Assembly (NCBI GenBank): GCA_013288345.1
Contig: JABDCA010000002.1
Location: forward strand, 49,686-113,685
DNA from: Bacteroidota bacterium
GTDB taxonomy: Bacteria; Bacteroidota; Bacteroidia; JABEUT01
DNA: 64,000 bases
Direction: 5' to 3'
In this document: positions 50,225 through 59,728 of the stretch, in pieces
Position numbering within the stretch: position 1 is the stretch's first letter
Layout: every line of letters begins with the position of its first letter
Notes under the pieces: model-generated
Told to the model about the DNA's origin: nothing
What the model saw: the letters and a program-made list of their open reading frames with translations, nothing else
Databases searched by the model: none
Program-made: the position numbers and the translations under genes

Positions 50225-50638
50225 TTATTTTTTGAAGAACGGAGCCAACTTATCAATAACCTCCTGTGGTATAGTGATTGGCCTGCCTCCATCGATCTTT
50301 ACAAATACGTGTGTGGTTTCTCCCTGGTTGATCTGTATTCCTTTTTCGTTCCACATTTCATAATAAAACGAAAGCCTTGTGCCTGAAGGTAATTCTTTCA
50401 ATGTCGTCTTAATAGTAAGCACTTCATCAAAAAAAGCAGGTTTAAAATATTTTATAGTGTACGATAATACAGGGAGCATAATTCCCCTGTCTTCCATTTC
50501 TCTATAACTGAGTCCTAAAGCACGTAATGCCTCAACCCTGCCTGATTCATAATAGGCAGCATAGTTGCCATAATACACATAACCCATGCGGTCGGTCTCG
50601 GCATAGCGCACTCGTATTATATTTTCGCTTGTGTACAT
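50225..50638 (-). CDS. 4HBT-fold acyl-CoA thioesterase (YbgC-like)
   Basis: RVRYAETDRMGYVYYGNYAAYYE is a hotdog-fold thioesterase N-terminus. Confidence 0.8.
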   Translation of the reverse strand: MYTSENIIRVRYAETDRMGYVYYGNYAAYYESGRVEALRALGLSYREMEDRGIMLPVLSYTIKYFKPAFFDEVLTIKTTLKELPSGTRLSFYYEMWNEKGIQINQGETTHVFVKIDGGRPITIPQEVIDKLAPFFKK

Positions 50639-50667
50639 AAAACAGATTATAATACAAATGTATTAAT

Positions 50668-50759
50668 TTAGGTTGAGGCTAAGGCTGAGATTCAGGCTAA
50701 GTAGGTACGATAGTCATTCTCAACCTCAATCTTAGCCTTAACCTAAATCTCAACCTCAA
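50668..50759. repeat. Inverted pair of octamer-repeat blocks (ggttgaggctaaggctgagattcaggctaag ... ctcaacctcaatcttagccttaacctaaatctcaacctc). The same repeat family occurs at the metX start, 11881-11917.
   Basis: A 17-nt exact match, aacctaaatctcaacct, is shared with 11896-11912. It sits in a divergent promoter region. Confidence 0.6.
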
Positions 50760-50792
50760 AAGGCATATCTTTGTAAGCATAAATATTGCATT

Positions 50793-51518
50793 ATGTTCTC
50801 ATCGGTCAATATACAGGACGAACTGGTTAAGATCAGGCAAAAGCATGCAGGGGTTCAGCATTCGCTTATGCAACAGGTAGATGATGCTAAGAAAAAAGGA
50901 ACTACTGTGGACGAATTTATCCTAAGGCGAATCCGTACTGCTGCAAAACCAGGTAAATGGAATTTTGAGAATCAATTGCTGGATAAGAACAAAGTGTTTT
51001 CGCTTGACGATATAAAAAGCATTTGCATACAATACAGATTAAGGTTTTTAGATAGTAAGTTTTTCAAGGTGGAGGATTTAACTACAGATGAGATAAGCAC
51101 AGTTAAAAGCCTTGAAAAAGAATTAGGTAAAGAAATTACTAAAGTAAAAATGCTTGCTTCTACACAATTTTTCAGGCAGGAAAATTTGAAAAGCGCACCG
51201 TTTTTATTTGCCCAGCTCGATGAAACTAATTTTTACCTGGTGCATAAACTAAGTGCTGATCTTAAATGGTATAAAAAGCTGATCTCATTCCCTTTCAGGA
51301 GTATTTTAACTCTACTTATCACGCTGTTAATCATTGTGTTGCCTCTTATGTTTATACTGCCTGCCTTAATTTTCAGTAAGCCAGAACAGGTACAATATTA
51401 CCAAATGCTTTACCTGGCGGGTTTTACCGTATCGACCTTGTTTATTGTAGTGTTTGGAGGCTTTACTTTCTATAAAAAATTCAGCAATTTCTGCTGGAAA
51501 AGCCCGTATCTTAATTGA
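50793..51518 (+). CDS. Hypothetical protein: about 160-aa soluble N-terminal domain plus two C-terminal TM helices
   Basis: ORF with TM segments (ILTLLITLLIIVLPLMFILPALIF; LYLAGFTVSTLFIVVFGGFTF). No family recognised. Confidence 0.45.
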   Translation: MFSSVNIQDELVKIRQKHAGVQHSLMQQVDDAKKKGTTVDEFILRRIRTAAKPGKWNFENQLLDKNKVFSLDDIKSICIQYRLRFLDSKFFKVEDLTTDEISTVKSLEKELGKEITKVKMLASTQFFRQENLKSAPFLFAQLDETNFYLVHKLSADLKWYKKLISFPFRSILTLLITLLIIVLPLMFILPALIFSKPEQVQYYQMLYLAGFTVSTLFIVVFGGFTFYKKFSNFCWKSPYLN

Positions 51519-51601
51519 TTGTATTGGCTGTTTAACACTTTTTAACGGTATAATAAAGCTTGTAAGCCTTAAGGCATAGTATATTTGTATGTAGCAATTT
51601 A

Positions 51602-52150
51602 ATGTATATGAAGGCTCAGGCGCGTTTAGTCATATTTTCTATTCTTGCATTTTGCTCGGGTTGCTCTTATTCCCTTTTCGGTCAAGATCAGAATTTGCCG
51701 AACAGTGGTAAGGATCCTAATTTGCATATTAGTGTGCATAAGCAAACCGATGCCAACGGTAATGTAATTAGTTACGATTCTACCTATACCTATATTTATT
51801 CGGGTAAGTGCTGCCATAATAATGCCTATGTTGATTCAATTATGAAGAAATATGGCATGAATATGAATTCCATGTTTTTTTCAATTCCACTCAATACCCC
51901 CGATATTTCTAATTATCCCTTCATTCAGCAGTTTGGTGTAATGGACTTTGATAAAATGCAACAAATGCTGCAAAAGCAGATGAATGAGATGATGCAGATG
52001 TACGGAACCCCACCCTGTAATGGTTTTTTCTGCCAACCTGCCCCTACACCCCAATGCTGCCCTAAAGATTCGGTGCAATACCAGCAACAGCATTTAGAAA
52101 AAAAAAGCTGCCCTAAGCAGAATAAAGTGAAAGGTGGGGTTCAGATTTGA
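51602..52150 (+). CDS. Secreted Cys- and Met/Gln-rich protein (possible metal-binding protein)
   Basis: Lipoprotein-type signal (LAFCSGCSYS); CC pairs (KCCHNN, PQCCPKD, PPCNGFFCQ); Met-rich MQQMLQKQMNEMMQMYG stretch. Confidence 0.45.
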   Translation: MYMKAQARLVIFSILAFCSGCSYSLFGQDQNLPNSGKDPNLHISVHKQTDANGNVISYDSTYTYIYSGKCCHNNAYVDSIMKKYGMNMNSMFFSIPLNTPDISNYPFIQQFGVMDFDKMQQMLQKQMNEMMQMYGTPPCNGFFCQPAPTPQCCPKDSVQYQQQHLEKKSCPKQNKVKGGVQI

Positions 52151-52209
52151 AAAATTTTCTTTTCTTTGTTGTGGTAATTTACCTTAACTAATACAATTAG
52201 CCGGTAGCT

Positions 52210-52482
52210 ATGAAATATTTACATCGCGTTTTTAAAGCCAAAAAGGGTACTCATGTAGTGGTAAGTATAAGCCAGCCTACAAGGGTTTTGCTTATAGGCG
52301 ATTATCAGTACAAGCAATATAAAGAACATAAGACTTTTAGTTACCGCGGTGGTATGATTGAAGAAAAGAGCCACGATTTTGAAATTCCGAACGATGGCCT
52401 TTGGCATGTTGTAGTAGAAAAGGGTGGTTACTTTAACCCTCAACCTATTACAGCTTCCGTGGAGATTCATCCAAAGCATTAG
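52210..52482 (+). CDS. Small hypothetical protein (DUF1883-like)
   Basis: 90-aa ORF following the Cys-rich gene on the same strand. The family assignment comes from memory and is weak. Confidence 0.35.
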   Translation: MKYLHRVFKAKKGTHVVVSISQPTRVLLIGDYQYKQYKEHKTFSYRGGMIEEKSHDFEIPNDGLWHVVVEKGGYFNPQPITASVEIHPKH

Positions 52483-52493
52483 GTGTTACTTCT

Positions 52494-53291
52494 TTAGCCT
52501 ATTTGTCCACTTATCCTATTGTACATATTCATTGGTTGCCATGGTCTGTTAGTGCCCAGTATCATTCGTTTGGCAGTTCTAAAGTGAACGTAGTTATGTT
52601 TAATAAGGCAATCTGTTGCAGCTTTATTATCAGCAGGTAAAATAAAATAATAATATTTCTTGCTTCGCAGTTTCATCAACTCAATTCCTGCTACAGTATC
52701 TATCCCGATAATTAGCCCATTACCAAATTCAGGTAGGTAGTAGGCTTTTACTTTATTGTTTTCGATAAGTACAAAAGAGCCTTGTAAATATTCTTTAAGG
52801 TGCATTTCCCTGTTTTCGCCGGAAGCTTCTTTATCTATTGCAAGTAGCTGGTTTAAATATTCTTCTTTAAAAGGCAATATGTTGCTGGATAGTGTAATGT
52901 CAGTGCCGAAGCTTCCATCTTTATAAAAAGCATAATCGGTTTCAGTAACAAAACCGAGTTTTTTGTAAACAGGTTCTCCCAAGTCGGTTGCAATAAGGTA
53001 GATGGTTTTGCATTTAACAGGTATGCGGTCAATTAAGTATTGGGTAATATGCTTTCCTATGCCTTTGTTCCTATAATCTGCATGGACTATTATGTGCGCC
53101 AACCACGCCACATCATCATGTATGATAGAAACACCAGTGCCAATAACTTTTCCGTTAACAACGATTTTTACCGGGAAGCAGAAATTTGAGCCTAAATAAA
53201 AATTAAAGGCAGGAGTAATGTTATCCCAACCTGCAGGCTGCAATTCTTGCAGTGCATCTAAATCAGTATGGGTAAAGGGTAACACTTCCAT
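52494..53291 (-). CDS. GNAT-family N-acetyltransferase
   Basis: Acetyl-CoA binding motif (RNKGIGKHITQYLI). Confidence 0.7.
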   Translation of the reverse strand: MEVLPFTHTDLDALQELQPAGWDNITPAFNFYLGSNFCFPVKIVVNGKVIGTGVSIIHDDVAWLAHIIVHADYRNKGIGKHITQYLIDRIPVKCKTIYLIATDLGEPVYKKLGFVTETDYAFYKDGSFGTDITLSSNILPFKEEYLNQLLAIDKEASGENREMHLKEYLQGSFVLIENNKVKAYYLPEFGNGLIIGIDTVAGIELMKLRSKKYYYFILPADNKAATDCLIKHNYVHFRTAKRMILGTNRPWQPMNMYNRISGQIG

Positions 53292-53317
53292 ACATAAAGG
53301 GAACAGCGTGTTAAGCT

Positions 53318-53854
53318 TTAGTTAATGCTTTTTAAAAAGTATTGCGAGAATTCTTTTTTAACGTTCTCAATAGCAATCTGTGTAGGGAATTTACCTACCT
53401 GTGCAGTTATTTGAAGCATAGTTTCAGCCAGGTCGGTGGCTGTGGCGGTTGCATTTAGTTTAGATGCCGATATGTTAATGAGGCGCAGGGTTTCTTCGGT
53501 TGCTGTTTTTACCATGGCCCATGCATTGGCAGATATATATACCTGTTGTGATAAGTTGTGTTCAAACTCGCTGCGAACTATTGAAGTAAGGTCGCTCTGA
53601 AAATGACGAGCAGTTATATTGGTTTTAAGTACACGGCGTATAAGGCTATCGGGTGTGGTACGCTCAAGGTAAAGAACTACACGCTCATATGCCTGCATAC
53701 GTGCAGGGAATATTACATCTTGCTTTGCTTTTTCAATTTCAAGGGCTTGCCTGCTTTCTTCGTAACTAAGGTAGCTTTTAATAATAAGGTAGGAGGTTGC
53801 ACCCACTACTATTGCAGGTAATAATATTTCAAGTAACAGTACAAAAGTTTCCAT
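53318..53854 (-). CDS. Hypothetical protein with an N-terminal TM anchor
   Basis: The ORF extends to 53935. The likely start is METFVLLLEILLPAIVVGATSYLII. No family recognised. Confidence 0.45.
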   Translation of the reverse strand: METFVLLLEILLPAIVVGATSYLIIKSYLSYEESRQALEIEKAKQDVIFPARMQAYERVVLYLERTTPDSLIRRVLKTNITARHFQSDLTSIVRSEFEHNLSQQVYISANAWAMVKTATEETLRLINISASKLNATATATDLAETMLQITAQVGKFPTQIAIENVKKEFSQYFLKSIN

Positions 53855-53960
53855 AAATAAGCATTTTAGACGATAAAGATAATAATTTACATAATGTTTA
53901 AATGCCGGGGTAAAGCTATATGGTAGGCAAAACAAGCTTATTTTTGCAGCTCATTTCTGT

Positions 53961-54722
53961 ATGATAAAGAATTCGGGTAAAATAATAGGCGCAATTTTAG
54001 GGTATTTATTTGGCCATTTCGATGGTGCCATTGCGGGCTTTCTCATAGGTTCTTTATTAGATGGCATTTCAGTAAATGTATCTACAGGAAAGAGCCAGGT
54101 AAATACCAATGGTAATAGATGGCATAACCCTACCGGAGATTTTCATACTGGCCTTTTGGCCCTTTCAGCCGCAGTTATGCAAAGCGATGGCATTACAACC
54201 CGGCCGGAGCTTGACTATGTAAAAGCATTTTTTATCAGGCAGTTTGGGGTTGAAAAAACCAAAGAATACCTGCTTGAACTGCGCGATATGCTAAAGCAAC
54301 GAGTGCCGTATGAGAGGATTTGCATGCCACTGAGGCAGAACATGGCTTACGAGGGCAGGCTACAGTTATTGCATTACCTGTTCGGCATTGCAATGGCCGA
54401 TAATAAACTAACAGATGAAGAACGGGATGTGCTGGGCCGTATAGCTTTGTTATTGGGTATTTCTCCAGTCGACTTAAGGTCGATTGCCGCCATGTTCGAT
54501 AAAGGAACAGGTATAAACAGCAATGTATCGTACGAAATATTGGGTATTAACCCTGATGCTACTGATGAAGAGGTTAAGAAGGCATACAGGCGCATGGCCC
54601 TGGAGAGTCATCCTGATAAAGTAACCCATTTGGGGGAAGACATACGTAAAGCTGCTGAGGAGAAGTTTAAAAAGATACAGCAAGCCTACGAAGATGTTAA
54701 GAGCAGACGCGGTTTTTCGTGA
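53961..54722 (+). CDS. DjlA-like co-chaperone (TerB-like N-domain + C-terminal J-domain)
   Basis: J-domain [30 protein letters not shown] at the C-terminus and a TerB-like region upstream. Confidence 0.75.
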   Translation: MIKNSGKIIGAILGYLFGHFDGAIAGFLIGSLLDGISVNVSTGKSQVNTNGNRWHNPTGDFHTGLLALSAAVMQSDGITTRPELDYVKAFFIRQFGVEKTKEYLLELRDMLKQRVPYERICMPLRQNMAYEGRLQLLHYLFGIAMADNKLTDEERDVLGRIALLLGISPVDLRSIAAMFDKGTGINSNVSYEILGINPDATDEEVKKAYRRMALESHPDKVTHLGEDIRKAAEEKFKKIQQAYEDVKSRRGFS

Positions 54723-54809
54723 AAAAGGCCTGGTCGATAATTTTAGTAGCTGGTATAGATTCTGTTTTTATATTTGCACCCTGCTTTTTTTAAGCATGTT
54801 CTTTTAAAT

Positions 54810-54893
54810 GCCCGGATGGCGAAATTGGTAGACGCATCACTTTGAGGGGGTGACGCCAGTAATGGTGTGCGAGTTCGAGTCTCGCTTCGGGCA
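54810..54893 (+). tRNA. tRNA-Leu (anticodon GAG)
   Basis: I folded it manually: acceptor gcccgga/ttcgggc, anticodon stem tcact/ggtga with loop ttGAGgg, a long variable arm and T-arm gagttcgagtctc. No encoded CCA. Confidence 0.8.
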
Positions 54894-54981
54894 CTGAGTG
54901 AGTTAAAAGGTTAAAGTTAAAAGTGAAAAGTAAAATTGCAATTACTTTAAACTTTACACTTTTAGCTTTTCACTGTTATAG

Positions 54982-55065
54982 GCCCGGTTGGCGAAATTGG
55001 CAAACGTTGCGGTCTCAGAAGCCGTTGGAGTTACATCCTTGAGAGTTCGAGTCTCTCACCGGGCA
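54982..55065 (+). tRNA. tRNA-Leu (anticodon CAG)
   Basis: I folded it manually: acceptor gcccggt/accgggc, anticodon loop ctCAGaa, a long variable arm and T-arm gagagttcgagtctctc. Confidence 0.8.
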
Positions 55066-55124
55066 CATCCATAAGATTATTAATTATATAGAATAGCGTA
55101 TTGAATGTGTTAATCTATTATAAT

Positions 55125-55157
55125 AAAAAAAGAGCACCGATAAGGTGCTCTTTTTTT
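55125..55157. terminator. Bidirectional rho-independent terminator (aaaaaagagcacc gataa ggtgctcttttttt)
   Basis: Perfect 8-bp GC-containing stem flanked by an A-run and a T-run. It sits between the tRNA pair (+) and the 3' end of the minus-strand T9SS gene. Confidence 0.75.
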
Positions 55158-55173
55158 GTACAATGTTACATTC

Positions 55174-57978
55174 TTACTGTACCATTACCTTTTTTACATC
55201 AGTTTCGCCAGTTTTATTATTAATGGCTTTTACAAAATAAGTGCCTTTAGGTTGATTGCTCAAATCAATTTCAGTTTGGCCTGATAACTCAGTTTTAGTA
55301 TAGATTAAGGCACCAAGCAAGTTATATACATATATATTGCTTGTTATTTTTTCAGTGCTTTCATCATCTGCCGGTAAGTTTAAAGTAAAGCTTCCGTTAT
55401 TAGGGTTTGGGTACACATTTATTTCATACTTCAGATTACTTGCCTCTTTAGAGGGATCGCCAACAGAGCTACTTATAGCACGCTCTAGTACACTATTAAC
55501 TGGATTAGTACCAGTGTTAATTGCGCATGGATGTATGTACGCAATAAAGTCACTTCCAGGTGTTGCGTAAAATCCAGATTGCAATGAAATTGACTGCCCA
55601 GCCCTATAAACATCTTGAGTTGCCCATCCATCGGCTAATGTCCCAGCAATAGGGATAGTAGCTGAAGATGTTATTGTGTTGACAGCTTCATCAAAGTCAG
55701 TAGTGCCAGCTGTACCAGACAAAGTAAGTGTTGTACTGGAAGGGCAATAAAAGCCAGACTTCCATATACCACGACCGAATGTTCCAGCACGTAATGCATT
55801 TTCATTATAGTTTATTTCAAGCCCGTGCATTGTAACTTCAGGCAAAGGCAACGTAGCATTATTATACAATTGCCATGAAGACATAGTTGGATTGCGGTAG
55901 TACACTGCTCTATTAGTACCCAGATAGATACCATCGTTACTGCCAATTTCCATTACCATACATGTAACATTTTCACCTGTTGGAATTCCTGTACTATAAT
56001 CAGTCCATGATCCGTTAAAGTATTGTAAAACCTTAATTTGCGGATTATTCGGCACTGGTGAACAAGCCACCCATATTTTGTTCGGATCCCATGTACTTAC
56101 AACTATAGATGGAAAATAGTATTGATAAATCCCATCGGTTCCCAGCGAAGTAAATGGTGGTGAAAATGAAATTGTGCTTAGGTCCGGTTTTATTTCTGAC
56201 CAGCTGCCTTCATTATGCCCCATCCAGCAGTCATCAATATTCGTACCCGTAAATTTCAATACCTGAGCGACATAATTATTCGGAGGAGCATATCGATTAG
56301 TTACAGTGCAATACATTGAATTGTAATAATAAGGATTAATTGCAATTCCATTAATAACACTATACCAACTTAAATCGCTAAAAAATGAAAATGGGCGAAG
56401 TTTAACAAGAAATTTATTACTGTTGACGTCCCACAAATCTAAAGATGATTCTCCAAAATAAATCTTATTGGGTCTTGAAGGATCCTGGGAGAATGTATTG
56501 GTGCCAAAGAGCTTAAAGTCGTTCGTTACTGTACCTGGTACAAAAGCATTATAAGGAGACGGGATACCGTAAGATTGATCAGGGCTTGAAAAGCTGGTTC
56601 CTCCAGTATTAAGCGCATAGGCGTTATCCACGCTTCCATCTTCTGAATTATTATCTCCTATTATAAGGTCAGTAAATTTACTCACTATACCTCCATTATT
56701 TTCATTACCAAAATGATGCAGTATCGGGCTTGAAAGGCTGAAGTCATAAACCTTTCCTTCCCTATCCTGCTCACCTGTAACGTATTTAGTAGTGCTTGTT
56801 CCAGCTCCTGAAAATCCAGTTATCTGGCAAATATCAAGGCCGGTATTAACAATCGTAAAAGAAGGATATGTTGAAGAATTAGAATAAGTATAAGCAGAAT
56901 AGTTCGATGTGTAGAAACTTCCATCGTTTGCCACTAATACTGTTGAAATTGTGGGTACATCTAAAATAAAATGTTGGTCTGAGTGAACACTAATATTTCC
57001 GTCGACATTAGCACCTCCATTTTTCGTGTCTACACAGTTCAAGCCCAACCCACCATAAAAAAGTAATCCATTACTTTGAATATATTGAAGAGCAAGTCTA
57101 TCCGGATCATTGTAGCCATCATTATAGGTGGTATAAAGTGAGCTGGATCCAATAACACCACCGCTTTCTGTTACTTTAAATACATCATATTCTGAAACTC
57201 TAGTTGTACCAGTTATATATGAATTGGCAGAAAGAATGTATAAGTCTTTATTGGAGCCTGTTAAATTACCAACAGATATATTCGAAAGCATAGTAGTCCA
57301 TGAACCACTATTTGAAATAAGGCTTTCAACAGTTAAATTATCGGTAAAAGTTACTCCATTAGAAGCTTCAAGAAAAGTACCATCACCGGTTGCAAAACCA
57401 TATTCTGTACCTCCATCTAAAATAAATACCAAATTGTAAATTTCAGAGGAATAAAGCGAAGTCCAGGTACTTCCTCCATTTGCGCTATAATATAATCCTA
57501 TACTGGTACAGGCATAAATTTTACTTTCATTACCCGGATAGAAAAGGATATTATGGATTATAAATGTTCCACTGGCAATAGAATTAAGAGATGACCAGGA
57601 TGATGTTTGATTATCATAAACCCAAATTTTACTATCAGATATATGATCATCAAGGTCGGTTGACGCAATATAAACGTGATGAGTACTGGGTCCAACAATA
57701 ATGCTGCTTGCGCCGCTATAAAGTAGCATATTGTTATTGGGATCCAATTCTGTCCATCCAGGAGTACTTCCAACCGGAGCTCCGGCCGAACCTGTTACCC
57801 ATACGCCACCTCTTGAACCCACATACATACTATCAACATAAAAAGGATTATCTGCTATGCACTGAGCTCTTTCCGGCACAAAATTAACACCATCTGACTT
57901 TGGACCAACAAAAGACCAGGTTTGTGCCCACAAACACTTAGAGCACAGCACCATAATCAATATGATATATTTTTTCAT
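55174..57978 (-). CDS. T9SS-secreted BNR/sortilin-like repeat protein
   Basis: Signal peptide; repeated S/T-x-D-x-G-x-S/T-W BNR-like motifs (SSWSSL, GGSTWTSL, NGSWTDY); C-terminal sorting domain (INVYPNPNNGSFTLNL...GTYFVKA...). Confidence 0.7.
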   Translation of the reverse strand: MKKYIILIMVLCSKCLWAQTWSFVGPKSDGVNFVPERAQCIADNPFYVDSMYVGSRGGVWVTGSAGAPVGSTPGWTELDPNNNMLLYSGASSIIVGPSTHHVYIASTDLDDHISDSKIWVYDNQTSSWSSLNSIASGTFIIHNILFYPGNESKIYACTSIGLYYSANGGSTWTSLYSSEIYNLVFILDGGTEYGFATGDGTFLEASNGVTFTDNLTVESLISNSGSWTTMLSNISVGNLTGSNKDLYILSANSYITGTTRVSEYDVFKVTESGGVIGSSSLYTTYNDGYNDPDRLALQYIQSNGLLFYGGLGLNCVDTKNGGANVDGNISVHSDQHFILDVPTISTVLVANDGSFYTSNYSAYTYSNSSTYPSFTIVNTGLDICQITGFSGAGTSTTKYVTGEQDREGKVYDFSLSSPILHHFGNENNGGIVSKFTDLIIGDNNSEDGSVDNAYALNTGGTSFSSPDQSYGIPSPYNAFVPGTVTNDFKLFGTNTFSQDPSRPNKIYFGESSLDLWDVNSNKFLVKLRPFSFFSDLSWYSVINGIAINPYYYNSMYCTVTNRYAPPNNYVAQVLKFTGTNIDDCWMGHNEGSWSEIKPDLSTISFSPPFTSLGTDGIYQYYFPSIVVSTWDPNKIWVACSPVPNNPQIKVLQYFNGSWTDYSTGIPTGENVTCMVMEIGSNDGIYLGTNRAVYYRNPTMSSWQLYNNATLPLPEVTMHGLEINYNENALRAGTFGRGIWKSGFYCPSSTTLTLSGTAGTTDFDEAVNTITSSATIPIAGTLADGWATQDVYRAGQSISLQSGFYATPGSDFIAYIHPCAINTGTNPVNSVLERAISSSVGDPSKEASNLKYEINVYPNPNNGSFTLNLPADDESTEKITSNIYVYNLLGALIYTKTELSGQTEIDLSNQPKGTYFVKAINNKTGETDVKKVMVQ

Positions 57979-58010
57979 AATATCGTTATTAAAAGTTTAT
58001 AACCTATTGA

Positions 58011-59480
58011 TTATTTGCCTGAAACAAGGGCTTTCATTTGCTCTTCCAATTGATCAATTTTAGCTGCATTAGCGCTATTGCTTTTCTCAAGAGTAGTATT
58101 TTGTTTTTGCAACTCAATTGTGTAAAGTGTAAGTTCCTCAATCTTTTTTAACAAAGTAGCATCCATAGTAGCAACATCAATTCCATTTTTTGTGACTTCC
58201 GTTGTTGAAGGAACATCAGGTAAGTGTTTATTGTCTTTTAAGTATTGTTCTACTTCACTTAATGGTTTCAATTTATAGCCATCAGCAAATACATAGTCGG
58301 CCCAACCGGAGGTGTTAACCACAGCAACCCTTACTTGTTCTGTTAAAATGCCTCCGGTTACATATAAATTATAAGCACCAGGGGTGTTCATATTCTGTGT
58401 ATAGAAAGGTGATGAGCCAAAGGGGTTACCAATAAGTACCTTACCATTGTTTGATATCTGCATAATTGTATTTGTATATACAGTTGCATCCGAAAGTGTT
58501 TGGCTAACGGTTGGGGTACTTGAATTTGGTATGTTCACAAATCTTAAATTCCCATTAATATCTCCATATATAATGTTTCCTCCATTGTGTGCAGCATCTG
58601 TTTTTGCTGTCCAGGTGCCTGAGGATGAACGGGAAGCATTAAATCCTATATATGATGTTCCGTATCCAATGGCAGATGAGCCGCACATGCCCAGAGTGGT
58701 TGCATAAGCTCCATAAGCTTGGCCACCCACTGTAAAATTACCGCTGCTGCCGTCAAGCCTCATTCCGTATGTGCTACTGCTCCATGGTGCTATAATAAAT
58801 GAACTTGAGCTGTTAGCTGCATTGTTCTGGTCAGTCCAAAATATACCATTATCTCCTGATTGGGTTAATGGGTTAAATGCTGTTGCAGCCATTGCAGATG
58901 TTAGAAAAATATTGGAATTACCATTACGGAATGCCGCAGTTTGACCTGATGAATTAGCTCCATTAACATCGAGTTTCATTGCCGGACTTGCAGTCCCGAT
59001 TCCAACATAGCCGGTAGCACTGGTCTGAAAAAGTAAGTTGCCTGTGGATGCAGCGTCAATAGTCAAATTATTATTGCTCCCAGTGCTTGCGTATTTAGAA
59101 ATACCCGAGTATCCAAAATTTATGCCTTGTGTTGCATTGTTATGGGCAAACCTTATACCCGTATTTGAGCCAAGATTGCCGGTTACGTATAATGCATCTC
59201 CGGTAATATGTGTGCCCGACCTTGAGCCTGCGGAAATATCCAAGAAGTTTCCTGGCGAAGAAACTCCTATTCCTACATCTCCTGTAGAGTTTTGTATTAC
59301 CATGTTTTGAACGTTATTGGTTTTGAATATTAAATCTTGGGTATTTGTAGTACCTAAGAAACCTCCTGAAGTAAGAGCGTTCCCCGCCGTTAGCCAATTC
59401 TGCGCGTTGGAGTTAAAAGCAGTACCTAATAGCATAGTGAAGATGGCTGCTTTTCCTAAAATTTTCGTTTTGTTTTTCAT
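58011..59480 (-). CDS. Secreted tail-fiber-domain-like protein with a C-terminal coiled coil
   Basis: Signal peptide; recurring 'GxVGIGT(A)SPxxxLDV' motifs typical of Bacteroidetes tail-fiber/collar-like repeat proteins; terminal heptad-rich segment (LLKKIEELTLYTIELQKQNTTLEK...). Confidence 0.5.
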   Translation of the reverse strand: MKNKTKILGKAAIFTMLLGTAFNSNAQNWLTAGNALTSGGFLGTTNTQDLIFKTNNVQNMVIQNSTGDVGIGVSSPGNFLDISAGSRSGTHITGDALYVTGNLGSNTGIRFAHNNATQGINFGYSGISKYASTGSNNNLTIDAASTGNLLFQTSATGYVGIGTASPAMKLDVNGANSSGQTAAFRNGNSNIFLTSAMAATAFNPLTQSGDNGIFWTDQNNAANSSSSFIIAPWSSSTYGMRLDGSSGNFTVGGQAYGAYATTLGMCGSSAIGYGTSYIGFNASRSSSGTWTAKTDAAHNGGNIIYGDINGNLRFVNIPNSSTPTVSQTLSDATVYTNTIMQISNNGKVLIGNPFGSSPFYTQNMNTPGAYNLYVTGGILTEQVRVAVVNTSGWADYVFADGYKLKPLSEVEQYLKDNKHLPDVPSTTEVTKNGIDVATMDATLLKKIEELTLYTIELQKQNTTLEKSNSANAAKIDQLEEQMKALVSGK

Positions 59481-59728
59481 GTTTTTTTTAGTTTTATTTG
59501 TTTAGGGTTAATGGTTTGCTATTTAAGTTTTTTAAAACCGGGCGGCTAATTTTCGTTAGCCAACCCGGCTTCATTTTGTGTGGCGGAGAATTTCTTGTTT
59601 AATTAGAGGTTTTATTTACAAAAGCAAAACTAGGGCATCGGTATGGGGTCATCGATACCACTCACTACGTTTTTCGCACATGAGTATATTTTGTTTTACT
59701 GCTTGCTTTATTATTTTATTTTAGTGGT

